From Felis catus (lineage: Eukaryota): a stretch of DNA of 64,000 nt. This document shows, piece by piece, positions 26,863 to 40,200 of this stretch. The position numbers and the translations under genes were made by a program. Every line of letters begins with the position of its first letter. Within the stretch, counting starts at the first letter, position 1. The stretch spans positions 221,714,001 to 221,778,000 of the forward strand of contig NC_058368.1 of assembly GCF_018350175.1 (NCBI RefSeq). The letters are read 5' to 3'. Under the pieces are notes generated by a model. It had not been told where the DNA came from and searched no databases. It saw nothing but the letters and a program-made list of their open reading frames with translations.

Positions 26863-28476
26863 ATGTGGGTGTATCCATGCAAAGAAAAACCCAACCTCGT
26901 TCTCCTTACACATTCAATCTCTTGTCAGTTGGCCTATTACAACCAAAAGCTGGAAAGCAGAGAGAAGTCTAGAAAAAGTATATAAAGTTGATCTAGAGCG
27001 ACAAATGGAAGAGTGTCACCATTATCCTGTTAAACTTGGTAATGGTGACTGAATGAAACATACATTTTAGTACAAACGGTGACTGAATCAGGTGTCCCAT
27101 GTCTCAGTCTGCAGCGCAGTCCTCAATTCACAGTATAGTTCATGTAAAGCCATATACTGGATTATCACATGTCATATTTAATGGTTCTTCACATAGAGTC
27201 TTGCATTATTTCATCTCAAAATGCTCTCAGAAGATTTAACCCATTTTTGCAAAGCAAGCTGAAATCCATTGAGATTAAGGGGCTTACAGACAACATGAGC
27301 GTCTTTGCAGAGGATGAATATGTTCCTTGGCAGACTAGTGTCCTTTGATATATTATTTTAAGTTTATAACTCTTTCAACCATATATTTATATTCATATTG
27401 GCAGAAATAAAATCCCACTAGAAGAAATTTTCTCCTTTTTGCATTTATTCTAATTCATCTCAATTATGTATGCTGGAAAGTTCATCAGGTACAAGACATT
27501 TAAATCATACCAAAATTCAAGGTATATTTACCCCTCCATTTTTTTTCCCTAATAAATAGGATTTACTTCAGAATTATAGCTAACTAATTAAATTTCGTGG
27601 CATTATTGCTGTGGAATATTTATGCTATCCTGCAAAATGCATTTTTTAGGCTTCAGTTATTATCAGACAAGGCTGTAACTTTATATACAAATAGTAAAAA
27701 ATAAAGATGGACACATGAACTTAAACTTAAGAGTCAAAATAACAGAATGCAGCATTTCCGTTTGCTGGTTACATTCTACTATAGAAGCACTTAAGCTCAG
27801 TCCTTGGCAAGGTTCCTCCTTGCTCAAGATCATGGAATCCATTTTTGTCTGTTTGGCTTTGAATATTAGGCATTTGGTACATAATGGGTGGTCCATAAAA
27901 AAGATTAGCTTCTTGGAAAGGAGACTATTTTTCACCAGGCTTTTACGATAGACCACAATGCTTTAAGATTCTCTTCTCACATTTGAAACTTGTCGTCTGC
28001 CTGATTTCCCAGATTCAACTCTGAAAAAATTCTACAAATGCCCTATTTTATTTCTCTGAGACAGTGGTTCTTAAATGGAAATGGTGGTGGGCTCATGGTC
28101 ATCCGTGGTTTTCTTTGGAACTACATATGCGACCCTTTCCTCTCTCTAAATTCTAGCAGATGTCTTCCAGGTGAGCGGCATTACAGTAAAGGAGGGCTAA
28201 GGAACAGAAAGGTCACCTGTCAGACCCAGGGTGGAGCAGGAGGGCAGGGCAGTTTGATGTCTGGATGATAACTGTAACAAATCACCAGAAAACAAACCAA
28301 CCTAGTTTTAAATAAGTGTGAAAATACCTATTTGGCCTCTTTTTCATAGCATCTTAATGTATCTATGTACAATATATATACATATAATATAAAGTATAAT
28401 ATTTATACATTTTCATATTAGAAATTTTCATATTAGAAATGAATTGAGTAAAGTAAAAATTATATACAAATATACA

Positions 28477-28480
<4 letters not shown>

Positions 28481-28508
<28 letters not shown>
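28481..28508. repeat. (TA)n microsatellite
   Basis: Direct reading. Confidence 0.9.
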
Positions 28509-28515
<7 letters not shown>

Positions 28516-29284
28516 TATTGTAAATGAACTGAGTAAAGAGACATCTGGTCAAAAACAGGACAATACAGCATGCATATGAATTAAACCTAGGCATTTATCT
28601 AGAAAATATAAGCATTATAAGGCAGGCAGAAGTCTTGTACCTGAAAGCATGTGCAACCAGGCCACTGAGATGGCAGAGATGAAGAATCCTAGTTAAGAGA
28701 CTTGGAATTGAAACATCAAGAATCTGAGCTGAAGAGGGGAAAAACAGATTGAAATAATAGAGTGTCAGAACTCATGCATGAATAAACAGCAGTAGCAAAA
28801 AAATGGAACTTGCTTGTTTTGCAACCATTTCCTGCCAAGGGTCAGAAAAAATCCTAGATTGTAGTTAAGTTTAAATTAGCAACAGAGCAAAGCATTTTGT
28901 AAGTCAATAGTGGCAAGAACAGATAAAATGTGGATGTGTATTCAGTTTATGATTTGGATGTTAGACTTCGTTTTGGTGCTTGATATTATATTTGTTATTC
29001 ATATATGCTACTTTATTTAAGAAACACCACTATCAAAGACACATGGATTTAAGACAAATGCTCTGCAGTCTCTCCCAAAAACCATTGGCTATACGCTGGA
29101 ATTTGGTATAAAATTTATTCATAATTTTACTTGCAACAAATCCAGAAGGTTTTAGTTATTTCACTATGAATAAATATAAATATAAATTAGTTCTATACTT
29201 GGATACAAGGGCAGAAAATGAGTAGGGTACGTAAATAGGCATATATACTGCATGATTCACAATTGTAAACTTAATTATTTATAT

Positions 29285-29440
29285 ATTCATTCATTCATTC
29301 ATTCATTCAGCCAGTCATTCAACTAGTCAGCTGTTTGACACATTCTTATTGAGCTCCTTCTAAATGGCAGAGACTGGAGTAACTCGTTGACAAGGGAGAT
29401 AAGGTCCCTGCAGTGGCAAAGCTTAATGAGATCTAAGTGA
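29285..29440 (-). mobile_element. L2 3' tail with (TTCA)n
   Basis: ttcattcattcattcattcattcag...ttattgagctcc...gataaggtccctgc. Confidence 0.6.
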
Positions 29441-30017
29441 AAAAAATCTGTGGCTGAAATAATTAAGAGGAATCCTGAGAGATGAAAAATAAATGGGTGG
29501 AGATACTTTGTGTGCTTAAAAAGTAAAGTAACAAATTTATTTTAGAAAATAAAGAGAAGAATGGAGAAGAAATTAGTTTTATTTAGAAACATCACACTTA
29601 GTGTAACCACTTAATTTTTTAATATATATATGTATATGTATATTTGTCTAAATTGTCTAACACTTTCATTCTCTTTTAAAGATAGAATCCTTCTAAGTAA
29701 ATCATGTCTGATTTGGTTGACTTAATGAATGATGACCATCTTTTAGAGCTGATACATTGTTCTTTAACCATATTCACAATGTTGTATAGCATTTCATTAA
29801 ATGGCTGTTACCATAATATATTTAATTATATTCTAACCATTGAACATTTTCACTTTTGAGTGAAAAAGTAAGTGTTTCATTTTTTAAGAGATATGTAGGT
29901 TTGTTGGCATGTCTTTACTCCTGAATCTAGATAAAATCATTTTCTTGTTGCAGACTATCATATCTCAGAAAACACAGTGTTTGTAATATTTATCTTTTAT
30001 TATTGTTTTCCCTTAAG

Positions 30018-30185
30018 GTGTTATTAGAACAGCTTTGCCAAACATGGACAGGGAAGTCAAAGAACAATACCAAGTCCTCATCCAAGCCAAGGATATGGGT
30101 GGACAACTAGGAGGGTTAGCCGGAACGACGATAGTCAACATCACCCTCACTGATGTCAATGACAATCCACCTCGATTCCCTAAAA
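30018..30185 (+). CDS. CDH12: Cadherin-12 internal coding exon (168 nt, phase 1/1), EC2 C-terminal half and EC2-EC3 linker
   Basis: Acceptor ttgttttcccttaAG|G, donor AAAA|gtacgt. Translates (G)[55 protein letters not shown](S). Contains the DRE and DxNDNxP Ca2+-binding motifs and an N-I-T sequon; overlaps ORF 30035..30310. Confidence 0.97.
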
Positions 30186-31832
30186 GTACGTTCTTTCTAT
30201 TGAGTTTAAACTGGTGCAGTTTAAAAAACAATTCTCACATTTCATTGAATGTTGCAGAAATTATAATAATTTTTCAGACACTTTTCGTCTTAGGAAATAG
30301 AAGCCAATAGATAAAAATTAAATGACTTAAGAGTTTCATTTTCCATTAGAATCATGCCCAGTACGACTTTAATATAAAATAATACAAGTCAGTAATTGAA
30401 CAATGAGTCTTATGTTGTTAATTCCTGTTAAAGTAAAATATTCACGATAGGTTGGAATCTTGCTCTATTTTTTTACCTGAAAAAGTAATATAAATATGAA
30501 TATTCCATTTTAATTTAAGACTCGTATTTATGACAAATGTGACACCATATTATTTGCTCTATTATGCAATTTGTCTCAGAATTCTCTGCCTTCTCCTTAC
30601 CTATTATATTTGAATCATTTCCATATGCTTTCATGTATGTATCAGATGATATTCCAGTGATGCTATTTACATTACTTTAGTCTTATTTTAGTTTTGCAAT
30701 AGGTGAAAATTGCTACAGTTTCTATGATAATAGAATGTTTCACACCTGTATTTTCTCTGCAACTCTGTGCTTCTTATTGAAAATGAATACTTCTCACTTG
30801 TGTTATATCTCGTTTTCTTCTACAGTATTACATTTAACACCAATCAGTACCTGTTCGATTTCTGGTGCATTTTCAAGGATTAGTTCAGTGTTCTTAGGAC
30901 TTAGAATACAAAAACTGAAAGTCTCTGTCACTGGTTACACAAGGAACTTGATTAAATCCCTAGATACTCATTTGCGTGAACAGTTTATAAAACCAAAACA
31001 AAATGATTTTCCTCTTTCAATCCCAGTAGGAGAGTTTGAGTTCATCTACCATAGTATAAAACACTGAGAATATTTAACTAAATGGATATTTTATTCCTTT
31101 AGCTGAATTCATTTTCATATTTTACTACTTTATCATTTTCTGTTAATATCATTAACATATATTTTCGTATGGAAATATTTCACTTAGTGCTCAGAAGGTC
31201 CAATGGCAAATGTCATGAGTGGCAATTAGAAGTCATCATACTTAAGCAAATGAAATGTCTGTGACAAATGGTGAGTATGTAATGTGCTATAATTAATAAC
31301 ACAGTCTTACGGCAACACTTTTCCTTACTTTGCTATTAAGGGAACCAGATAAAACATAAATATTAAAGAAGAAGAAAGAAATAGTGCATTTGATTCTTTA
31401 ATATTTGACATTAATAAAGAATATATTTCCAACTTGAAAAGTACTGATTATTTTTATTTTTATTTCTTTTATTTCTTTATTTTTACTTCTGACATGTGAC
31501 AAGCTGTAGTAGCTAAATGAGGGGGATAGTTTGGGAGACTACTCTACTTTTATATAAATGGCATCGCTGTGAACGTGGGCCCTTCCTGTTTTGTGTTTTG
31601 TGCATTTAAAATATGTTCCTTCTAGCGAATAGGAAGTAGCAAAGATATTCCTAGGTAGCATCAATATTCTCATTCATGAGGATTATAATGATGCTCTTCA
31701 GATGAAAGATATAAAACCCAGCCAGTGGAGGATACAATTTCTGCTGGTATGGATGAAGGGTGATTTGTAAAAAATTGGGCAGGAATCCAGAAAAATAGGC
31801 TGGGGTACAGGGAAATAAAAATATCTCCATGA

Positions 31833-32040
31833 GGGGCCCCTGGGTGGCGCAGTCGGTTGAGCGTCCGACTTCAGCCAGGTCACGATCTCACCGTCCGTGA
31901 GTTCGAGCCCCGCGTCGGGCTCTGGGCTGATGGCTCAGAGCCTGGAGCCTGTTTCCGATGCTGTGTCTCCCTCTCTCTCTGCCCCTCCCCCGTTCATGCT
32001 CTGTTTCTCTCTGTCCCAAAAATAAATAAAACGTTGAAAA
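31833..32040 (+). mobile_element. Young felid SINEC_Fc-type SINE
   Basis: Near-consensus and CpG-rich, with A box and B box (gagttcgagccc); perfect 16-bp TSD aaaaatatctccatga at 31817-31832 and 32041-32056. Confidence 0.97.
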
Positions 32041-32954
32041 AAAAATATCTCCATGAAAAAGAGGCTAGATTATACTTAGGAAGCCAAGATAGTGTGCTCA
32101 GGTCCTGCTGAAACAGGACGATCACTTCTAGAACTTACCCAGTGAAAAGAGAACCTGGATAAAGCAATATGTTTGCTTGGGATTTATTCAAAGTTGAATA
32201 TGTAGGTCTGAAGACAACCAGCAAGGAATGTGGGGGATAAGTCCACTAGAATTTCCAGAATATTTATATGTCATGTCAGGAACTTTATCTTATTCCCTAT
32301 TCACAACAGTTCTGTATTTTCCACATTGACTGTTAAAAACAACAACTGAGGTGTAGGAAGGTTAAATAACTTGCTTGAGATCAGCAATTTAAGTAGAGAT
32401 TTTTTTCTCAGAAGTTCAGACTCCTTCTAGTGTAACATAATGTTAAAATGAAAAGTTATTCTTTTCTTTTATATGCCCTCTAAAACCATACTTTTTAAAA
32501 CACTTGCAAAAAAGTCGCATGACATATGTTGAATTGTCACCATTCCTGCACAGAGAAACAAGAGGGCAAAAGAAATATACTGAACAGGTCACCATGATAA
32601 AATTATTTTCTACTTGTATTACATGCATTTTTGAACTATAGTCTCAAAGTATAATGGGTGAGAGATATTTTTGAATCATGAGAAAGAAAAGGGTTTTCAG
32701 ATTTTGCATGAATAAGAAATTAATCCCCTTGAAATTTTACATGCCATTGTGTCAAGCCCCTTTTACTGTATTGTCATTTTGAATTACATCCTTGAGAGGA
32801 AAAGACAGAATACAGGTCTAAACAGAAAAGCCATTTATTTAGAAGTCAATGCTCTTTTTGCAAGAATATTTCTCATGTGCAGCAATTAAGCTGCAAGTGT
32901 GACATAACATTACAAACTGAAATGATAATCTTTTCAACCTTAAGAGTAAAAAAA

Positions 32955-32980
32955 ATATATATATATATATATATATATAT
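32955..32980. repeat. (AT)n microsatellite
   Basis: Direct reading. Confidence 0.9.
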
Positions 32981-35290
32981 TCTATACATAAATAACTTAA
33001 AAGAAAATCCCCACAACTAGCTGCATTTATTCATGTCTGATAAGCAATTATTCTGAAAAAAAAAGAACAACAACTTCATTCAGATGAATTTCATGAGCTA
33101 CAATTTCTCATTGTTTAAAAATTTCAGAAGATAATTTCTTAAAATTTAATCATAACTTGTTTGGGCTTTGTGTGTGTACGTATGCATATGTGACACTGTT
33201 AAGTACCCATTTCCATTCATTTCCTTCTCTAAATCTGTTAGAGGTGAAAAAAAAAGATGGAATGATACACGCATTTGTATCATGCATGTGTAAGCAGTTT
33301 GCTGTTTTATTTTTGAAAAATACATGGTTCCTGAGATATCAGAACTTCCTGCCAATATGATATGATGATGATGGCAATGATATTGACTAGTAAATTAGTG
33401 TGTGTCATGTACTGTGCACAGTGATTTGCATATATATTCCCTTCTTACTTTTATAATGACTTTATAGTATTTTCTCAATTTTAGAAATAAAGTAGCAAGG
33501 CACATTATTAAGAAAAGTTGCTGTAAGTTAAGTTTTTAAAAGTTATAAACTTGTTCAAGATCATGCAGCCACTAGGTGAGAGAACCAAAACTTCATCTTA
33601 TGTAGTGACTTCAGGTCTCTCGTTTACATTCTCCCTCTTGAAAGACAATTTGCCTTTGATACCTGTGTGTGATTTAAAATGTCCTATAGATAACCTAGAA
33701 AACTATCCAAAACAAATATGGAAATGGAAATCATACCTGACATGTTAAAAGAGCTGTACCTGTAGTCGTATAAAGACAAAATATTTTCTTTGCAAAATCT
33801 TTTCCATATACTTATAAAACTACCATCTACCATAACCAAGAATATCTGCAAAAGATCTCTATCTGTTAAAATAATCTACAGGAAAATGCTGATGGTTTCC
33901 ATTACTTGAATTTTAAATGACAAAACCATCTAACAAGCTGATCTAAATAATACATTAGGAGGTCAAATCAATTAAGTGATGTGGTTAATTCACATTAGGC
34001 AAAATATTCATGCTTCTCCCACTTGGTCTCTTTCTTCTGTATCATAATTTTGTAATGAATGTGAGATCAACCTTAGTGAAATAAAGCAGTCCATACGGAT
34101 CATTGGATGAAAGAGATACTTCATTTATAGGAAATGTAAAGAGGTATTTTCTTCTTCTTTCTTTTGAGTAAGAGAACTCTGTGTAAGGTAAATAAGTTCA
34201 AATGCAGAAAATAGGACATTAATAATTGTTCTAAGAAAAATTCTTAAAAGTAGGTAAAACTATTTTAAAGAAATTCTATTTTAATAAGATACCTACCAAA
34301 CATGTTTATAGTGACTGTTGATAGCTATAAGTATTTTGATTTGGATAATAGTCAATAAAACATTATTTGAACAATAATTACTATATAAAATATATAGTTG
34401 TATCCATATATATAGTTAGTTAATTTAATGAATAAGATATTTGCAAATACTAGACTTCACCCAGGAAAAGTTGTTATTGTCCTCAAATTAACAAAAAACA
34501 ATGTAAGTAAAATTAAAGTATTAAATACATCAGCCAAAATGTCTACTGCACAATGAATAATGTTTGATCTTGTTTACATGAACTATAAGACAATGACTAC
34601 AAATCTATGGATAAAAAATATGTATATATATTTCTATTATACATTCATGATATAGAAAGACTATAGACTGCCAAGGTCAGTTATGAGTTATTAAAAAAAA
34701 CAAATGTTGATAACTATACATTTATTTAGTTTAAAATATTTATGTTCAGTTAAAATATATTTCATTTTTTCATCCTGTTATTACTTTTCTGGCATCCAAA
34801 TTAAGACTGTTTCTTTTATTATTTTGAAATGTATAATATAGGATTGTTTATTGTTAAATACATGTTTATTACAATATGTAATTTATAAAGATTTTCATTA
34901 GAATCAACATAAACCCAATTATAACCAGTTGGGGGAACAAAATCTATTTCTCTTTACCATTTAGCATCCTTAACTTGGAAAACTGTAAGCTTCTAGAGTG
35001 AAATTTTCTTGTTAAAAATTTAATAAGCCTTTAAAAATAAAGGGCTAAAAGCTAATTGAATTTTGACAGTTAACTTAGATCCAGCCATAGAAAATATACC
35101 TTTACATTCTTCCAGGTTTCCAAGGGGATTGTCATGGGGCTGAATGAGGTAAATCAAACATACAAATTCTATGATTTAAGTTTATTTATGCAAATAATAT
35201 ACAATCTGAAAGTATGCATGTATACAATATGACAGTTCATGACTTTGTGTATATTTTGTAGACATCAATTTTTATAGAACTATCTAAATC

Positions 35291-35333
35291 AGATAGGTAG
35301 ATAGAAAGATAGATAGATGATAGGTAGATAGAT

Positions 35334-35370
<37 letters not shown>
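35291..35370. repeat. (GATA)n tetranucleotide microsatellite
   Basis: Direct reading; pure run from about 35334 to 35370. Confidence 0.93.
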
Positions 35371-35371
<1 letters not shown>

Positions 35372-37023
35372 ATCTCAGAATCATTAAGTAACACCACAGA
35401 GAAAATATTTCCTGGCCTTTGAGTGCAGAAAAGGCCTTCTGCTGCCCAGTGTGTGTGTGAATATGGAAACATTGAGGAACACTTCATTGTTTTCACAACC
35501 CACCCTGTCACTGCCATACATGAATTGTATAGAACTCTCACATCCCAACTTATGTGGAGACTCCGACAACTGGCCCACTTCCTACCTGCAGGTCAAGTGC
35601 AAATAATGGATAACACCATAGCATGTTCCTAAGTTTTCTCTGTAAAGGTGAAACAAAGGCCAAATTTCTGCTTTTAGCACTATCTCCAGTATGTTATCTT
35701 AGGTGCAGGAATGGGAAAGAGAAAATGGTGACAAGTACTCTGAAAAATGTACTGGAAGAAGTATGGTCAAAATAATGGGTCTTATGTGAAATCCACTGCT
35801 TAAATGAGGATAACGTCAGCCTCTTTCCAATATTTGGGATTGAGAGGGTGGTTGGGTCAGTTTGGTTTGCAAGGTTAACAGTATAATAACATATTATTTA
35901 GTACAGAAGCTTTCACTATAAATACAAGTTGAGGCTTCTTGAAAACAGGTGAAGGATTTAAATAGTAATACAAGAAAGCAACAATATATTAATGGGTCGA
36001 CATAAAGTCATGTTTGTTTATGTTTCTTAAATTTAGTACTGGTGCTGATTCAGTATCAATGTTAGAACATGTTTTAATTCCTACAATTGAATTTTTACTA
36101 ATATTTAAGTAATTTCAACTAGATAACACTTTTAGAGCATTTTCTGACAAAAATTTTCCCTAGTCTAGGGCTCTAAGGAGCTTGTTTATTTCCCAGAGGC
36201 CTCTACAGTAAGAAGAAAATGTAAATTTCAGAAGTAATGTTTTATATATTATTCATATTTAATCAAAAATTATGTAGATGCTATCTATAAATACATGACT
36301 TTTTATATCAGTACCTCCCAAAGATATGAATGCAGATTGAAAAATAGACAAATAGGTCTTTGGTATTGTGGGATGCATAATATGTGACAGTTATATATTA
36401 CCCATATTCCTAATTTATGTATGTAGACATGTTTTTATATGTGTATCTCTGTATGTGTATATGTGCGTGTGTGTGTGTGTAGAACTCCTCACTTGGGGGG
36501 GATATTTAAAAAGCATAAAATAAAGAAATTGTAAATCTAAGAGTTTGGAAATACTACACAAAGAACTTTTATTACCTGGGTCTCATAAAAATTGTAGGCA
36601 TGAGTGATAAAAATAGTCATCATATTTGATGGCTCTATTTCTATTTTTGAAAATCAAGCTAAGCTATAATAAAACCAGCTTTTTACTTAAGTGGAACAAA
36701 CACTTCTACTTTAATTCCCAAATGACTCCTTTGTCTACTTCAATAAAAACAAGCAAGAGAGAACTATTTCCTGACGATAAGGCATGCAAATGATGACTTG
36801 AGTTGTAGTCACCACAGTGCTCCCAATAGTTCTTAAATCTTATTTGCCCTAACAATCCCTTGAGATCCTTTGTCCCTGTGATGGAAGTTCTGTTTCAAGT
36901 GACATAGCTTGGACCCAGATATCTGAATTTCAAACAAGTAATCTGGTAGATTCTAAATCATCTACAGTGAATAATTTGAAAATCACTGGTTTACTGTGAT
37001 GAAACAATTTAGAAGGCATTTTC

Positions 37024-37241
37024 TTTCTTTCTTTTTAAATATGTTTTAGTGTTTATTTATTTTTGCTAGAGAGGGAGAGACAGAGTTCGAGCAGGGGAGA
37101 GGCAGAAAGAGAGGGAGACAACAGAATCAGAAGCAGGCTCCAGGCTGTGAGCTGTCAGCACATGGCTTGAACTCATGAACTGTGAGATCATGACCTCAGC
37201 CGAAGTCGGACACCTAACCAACTGAGCCACTCAGGCACCCC
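37024..37241 (-). mobile_element. CAN-SINE (felid type)
   Basis: TSD tagaaggcattttc at 37010 and 37242. Confidence 0.94.
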
Positions 37242-40200
37242 TAGAAGGCATTTTCATTATTCCTTAAATAGAGGTAATGAGTTAACTTTTGTATATCATT
37301 AGAGTTATTTTTATCCATACAAGATTCTATTCCTACAAGCATATTTAGGTAAAATCTGAATATTAAAATTTATTCACTTTACACTATTTTGAAAAGCTTT
37401 GTGTTTTTGTTTGTTTTTGTCTTTTACAATTAAACACTCATATACAGTTACACATCTTGCTTAAAAGTATTCCAAAGAGCCTACAGATGTCAGATATGGA
37501 TGCTTAGAGGCTAACACAGAGCTGAATCCCTTTGAATGCAAGCTCAGTGAATGAATGCAAGCTCCAGCTTCTCCAATGAGAAGGGAATAGTTTCACTAGA
37601 CTCCAGGTAGGCAGATGTAAGCAAACAAAAAATAGTTACCACAATTTTAAAATAATTTGTCGTCGCTATTACTGTCACATTAGTATGCATTATGCTTTGT
37701 TAATTAAAGCATGAATCTTTTTTTAAGTGATGCTGAAGGTTTTGCTAACTTATTTGGTCCTTTTCACCATGTGGCAAAGGGCACAAGATTGCAGCCTGGT
37801 TGCTCCATGGCCCCGCTGCCTGATTTGCAAAAGAACTAAACTTTTGAGCTACAACTTCTGTAGGTCTTTAAGAAATCTGACTTTTAGTTTTAAATTATTT
37901 TGTGAACCATAGCAAATAACGTTTAAAACTGAAATGGTATTAAAAGATATTGTGCTTAATCTTACCAATGTTATTAACAATATCTAAAGACCATGGGACT
38001 TATAAATATTTAAAATATTTGTCAGTATTCATCTGTGCACTTTGTAGCTCACCTAAGAGTCCTTTTTTTTAATTCAAATCCTGGAGAAGTGGCTTGGATG
38101 TTTTGGCATCATATAATCCACAATTCAGATGTGAGATTTTACCTATGATGTAATAAAACTCTTAGGTTCTGAAACAGACAAGTCAAGTAATGAGCAAGTT
38201 CTCCCATTTCCACTTTCCAGCCCTCCCGCAAAAATAGGAGAAAAAGTCCTTTTGTGACATTTCCTGTCAGTCAGAGCAAGTAAATAGATGCCAGCAACCG
38301 AACTTATCAGATTTAAGTAATAAGAAAACCCCTAAGTCTCTGGGTGCAAAGCATACCTATCTGTTACTTCCTTGTTAAGTCTTCAAATTCACAAGTCCTC
38401 AGTTTGCTTTTCTGCATTTTCCTGCCCAGGCTGCATCAGCCAGTTCCAAGACTTTTTCCAGGGGGTACAGTTGTATTACTCTTTATGGCCTATGGTGATG
38501 ATTTTAGTGTGGACAGCAGCTAATCCTTATTGCACATGTACTATGTAAAGTACATTAAAGCTGCATATTAACTTCTTTAATCCTTATGAATAGGTTTTGT
38601 TTATTTACACACATTTAAAAGAAGAAACTGCAAGAAAAAGAGATGGAAAGAGGTGGGGCCAGGTACTTCATAGTTACATGTGCAATGCAGCAGAACACAA
38701 TTTGGCACCATACTAAAGCTGTAATTTTTAAATATGAATATTTATGAAAATATAGATCACTGCTTCCTACACCAGAACCACCGAGTAAAAGTGAGAGCCC
38801 TTGAATGTGAACATGGGGCATTCTATCTACTTCTCCACTAATCAAACTGAAAAGACATTCTCTCCAAGACTGAGAGTATTTTTTATGTTTATAAGATTTG
38901 TAGAATCGAGAGAGCCAAGGCTTTGGGAAGGGTACTGATGGAAAGCTTAGTTTCACCATTAAGTCACTGGGGCCTGAATAGCTAAATAAACTCTCGCTAT
39001 CTCATGTTTTTACAGCATCAAATTAAGATAATAAATAGGGGGACCATATATTGTGGTTTGCCTGAGACAGCTCTAGTTTTCACATGTGGTCTCGAATTAA
39101 TTACAAATAGTGATTGCTTTTGCTCTCAAAAGTGGTTCTGTTTGGATAGTAAATTAAGTAGGCATCTTAATAATAATAGAGCTTCTGGGAGGATTAAGTA
39201 AAATAATGCAATTGAAGTATCCAACAGTGAGTGTTTTTTTTTCCTCCTCCTCTCCTCCCTCCCACATTTTCCTTCCTCCCTCTTTTCAACCTTACCCCAT
39301 TCCTTCTTTGTATCTGTCTCTTCAACTAGAGTATAGGCTCATTTTATACCATTTCTTTGTGTCTGTTGCTTCTCCTTTATCAGAATTTCCCATTAATGTA
39401 TGATCAAACATGAATTGAAGAGAAAAGTAGCTCAAGAAATAGCTCATGCCTGTATTGTAGCTGAATTTACCACCAGGAAAAAAAAAATTCTTAGGACTGA
39501 TTGTATAACTTTTATATACATGAAAAAATCAATTTCAAGATTTCTAACTCCACGGAAATATTTAGGAAGTGAATATAAAGTTCTATCACCAAAATAGTGT
39601 TATCTTTACCCATGAACATTTATAATGAATATTTTGATTTAAATACAATTTTCTGATTTCATTATACTTTTTTAACCCAGAGAAAACACAGTGGCAGGAT
39701 TATTAAATTAAAACTAACTTATGACATCTCCAGTTGCTTAATACACCTCAAGCTTTTAATACACAGATTTCTAACACTGGTGATAATTTTTAATTTCTAA
39801 TGTGAAACATTCTAAATTCAACATTTATTTCACATGGTTTAACTTTCTCTTTTTCATGTGTGCCTCTCATTGGTCTTAACGTTTATATAGGCAAAGAAAT
39901 CGAACTTCTTCAGTATTTCTTTATGAGAGTGAAACAGAATATAGGCACCAAACATTTTGTACATAAGAAACCTAGTTTGTTAACAAATATCGACACAATT
40001 AATTATAGTATTTAATGAATGTTTAATTGATTGCTAGTTTTATTGAAGTGTAAGTGCAAAAAAGGCTATATCTTTTTTGTGTGTCGGTACAAAAAGGATA
40101 AAAAAATTTAACGACTTCCCTCAAGCAGCTCTGTGTATAATGGGGAGATTAAGTTAATGGACAATTATACTACTTGAAATAAAATAAATGATAGACTTAT

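Larger units (their letters stand above)
17900..30017 (+). other. CDH12: CDH12 intron (12,118 bp, GT-AG)
   Basis: GT at 17900, AG at 30016-30017; flanking exons join in frame (G|GT = Gly). Confidence 0.92.

Noticed and set aside
30013..30231. Antisense ORF over the 168-nt exon
   Set aside because: Typical antisense shadow of coding sequence, with no independent evidence.
31833..31915. tRNA-like A/B box sequence
   Set aside because: This is the tRNA-derived head of a CAN-SINE, not a tRNA gene.
31857..32111. Near-identical ORFs MSVRLQPGHDL... at 31857 (+) and 54096..54326 (-), and related ORFs at 10670, 12308, 14981, 40456, 52866, 59389, 60370 and 60963, suggesting a small gene family
   Set aside because: All are translations of CAN-SINE copies.
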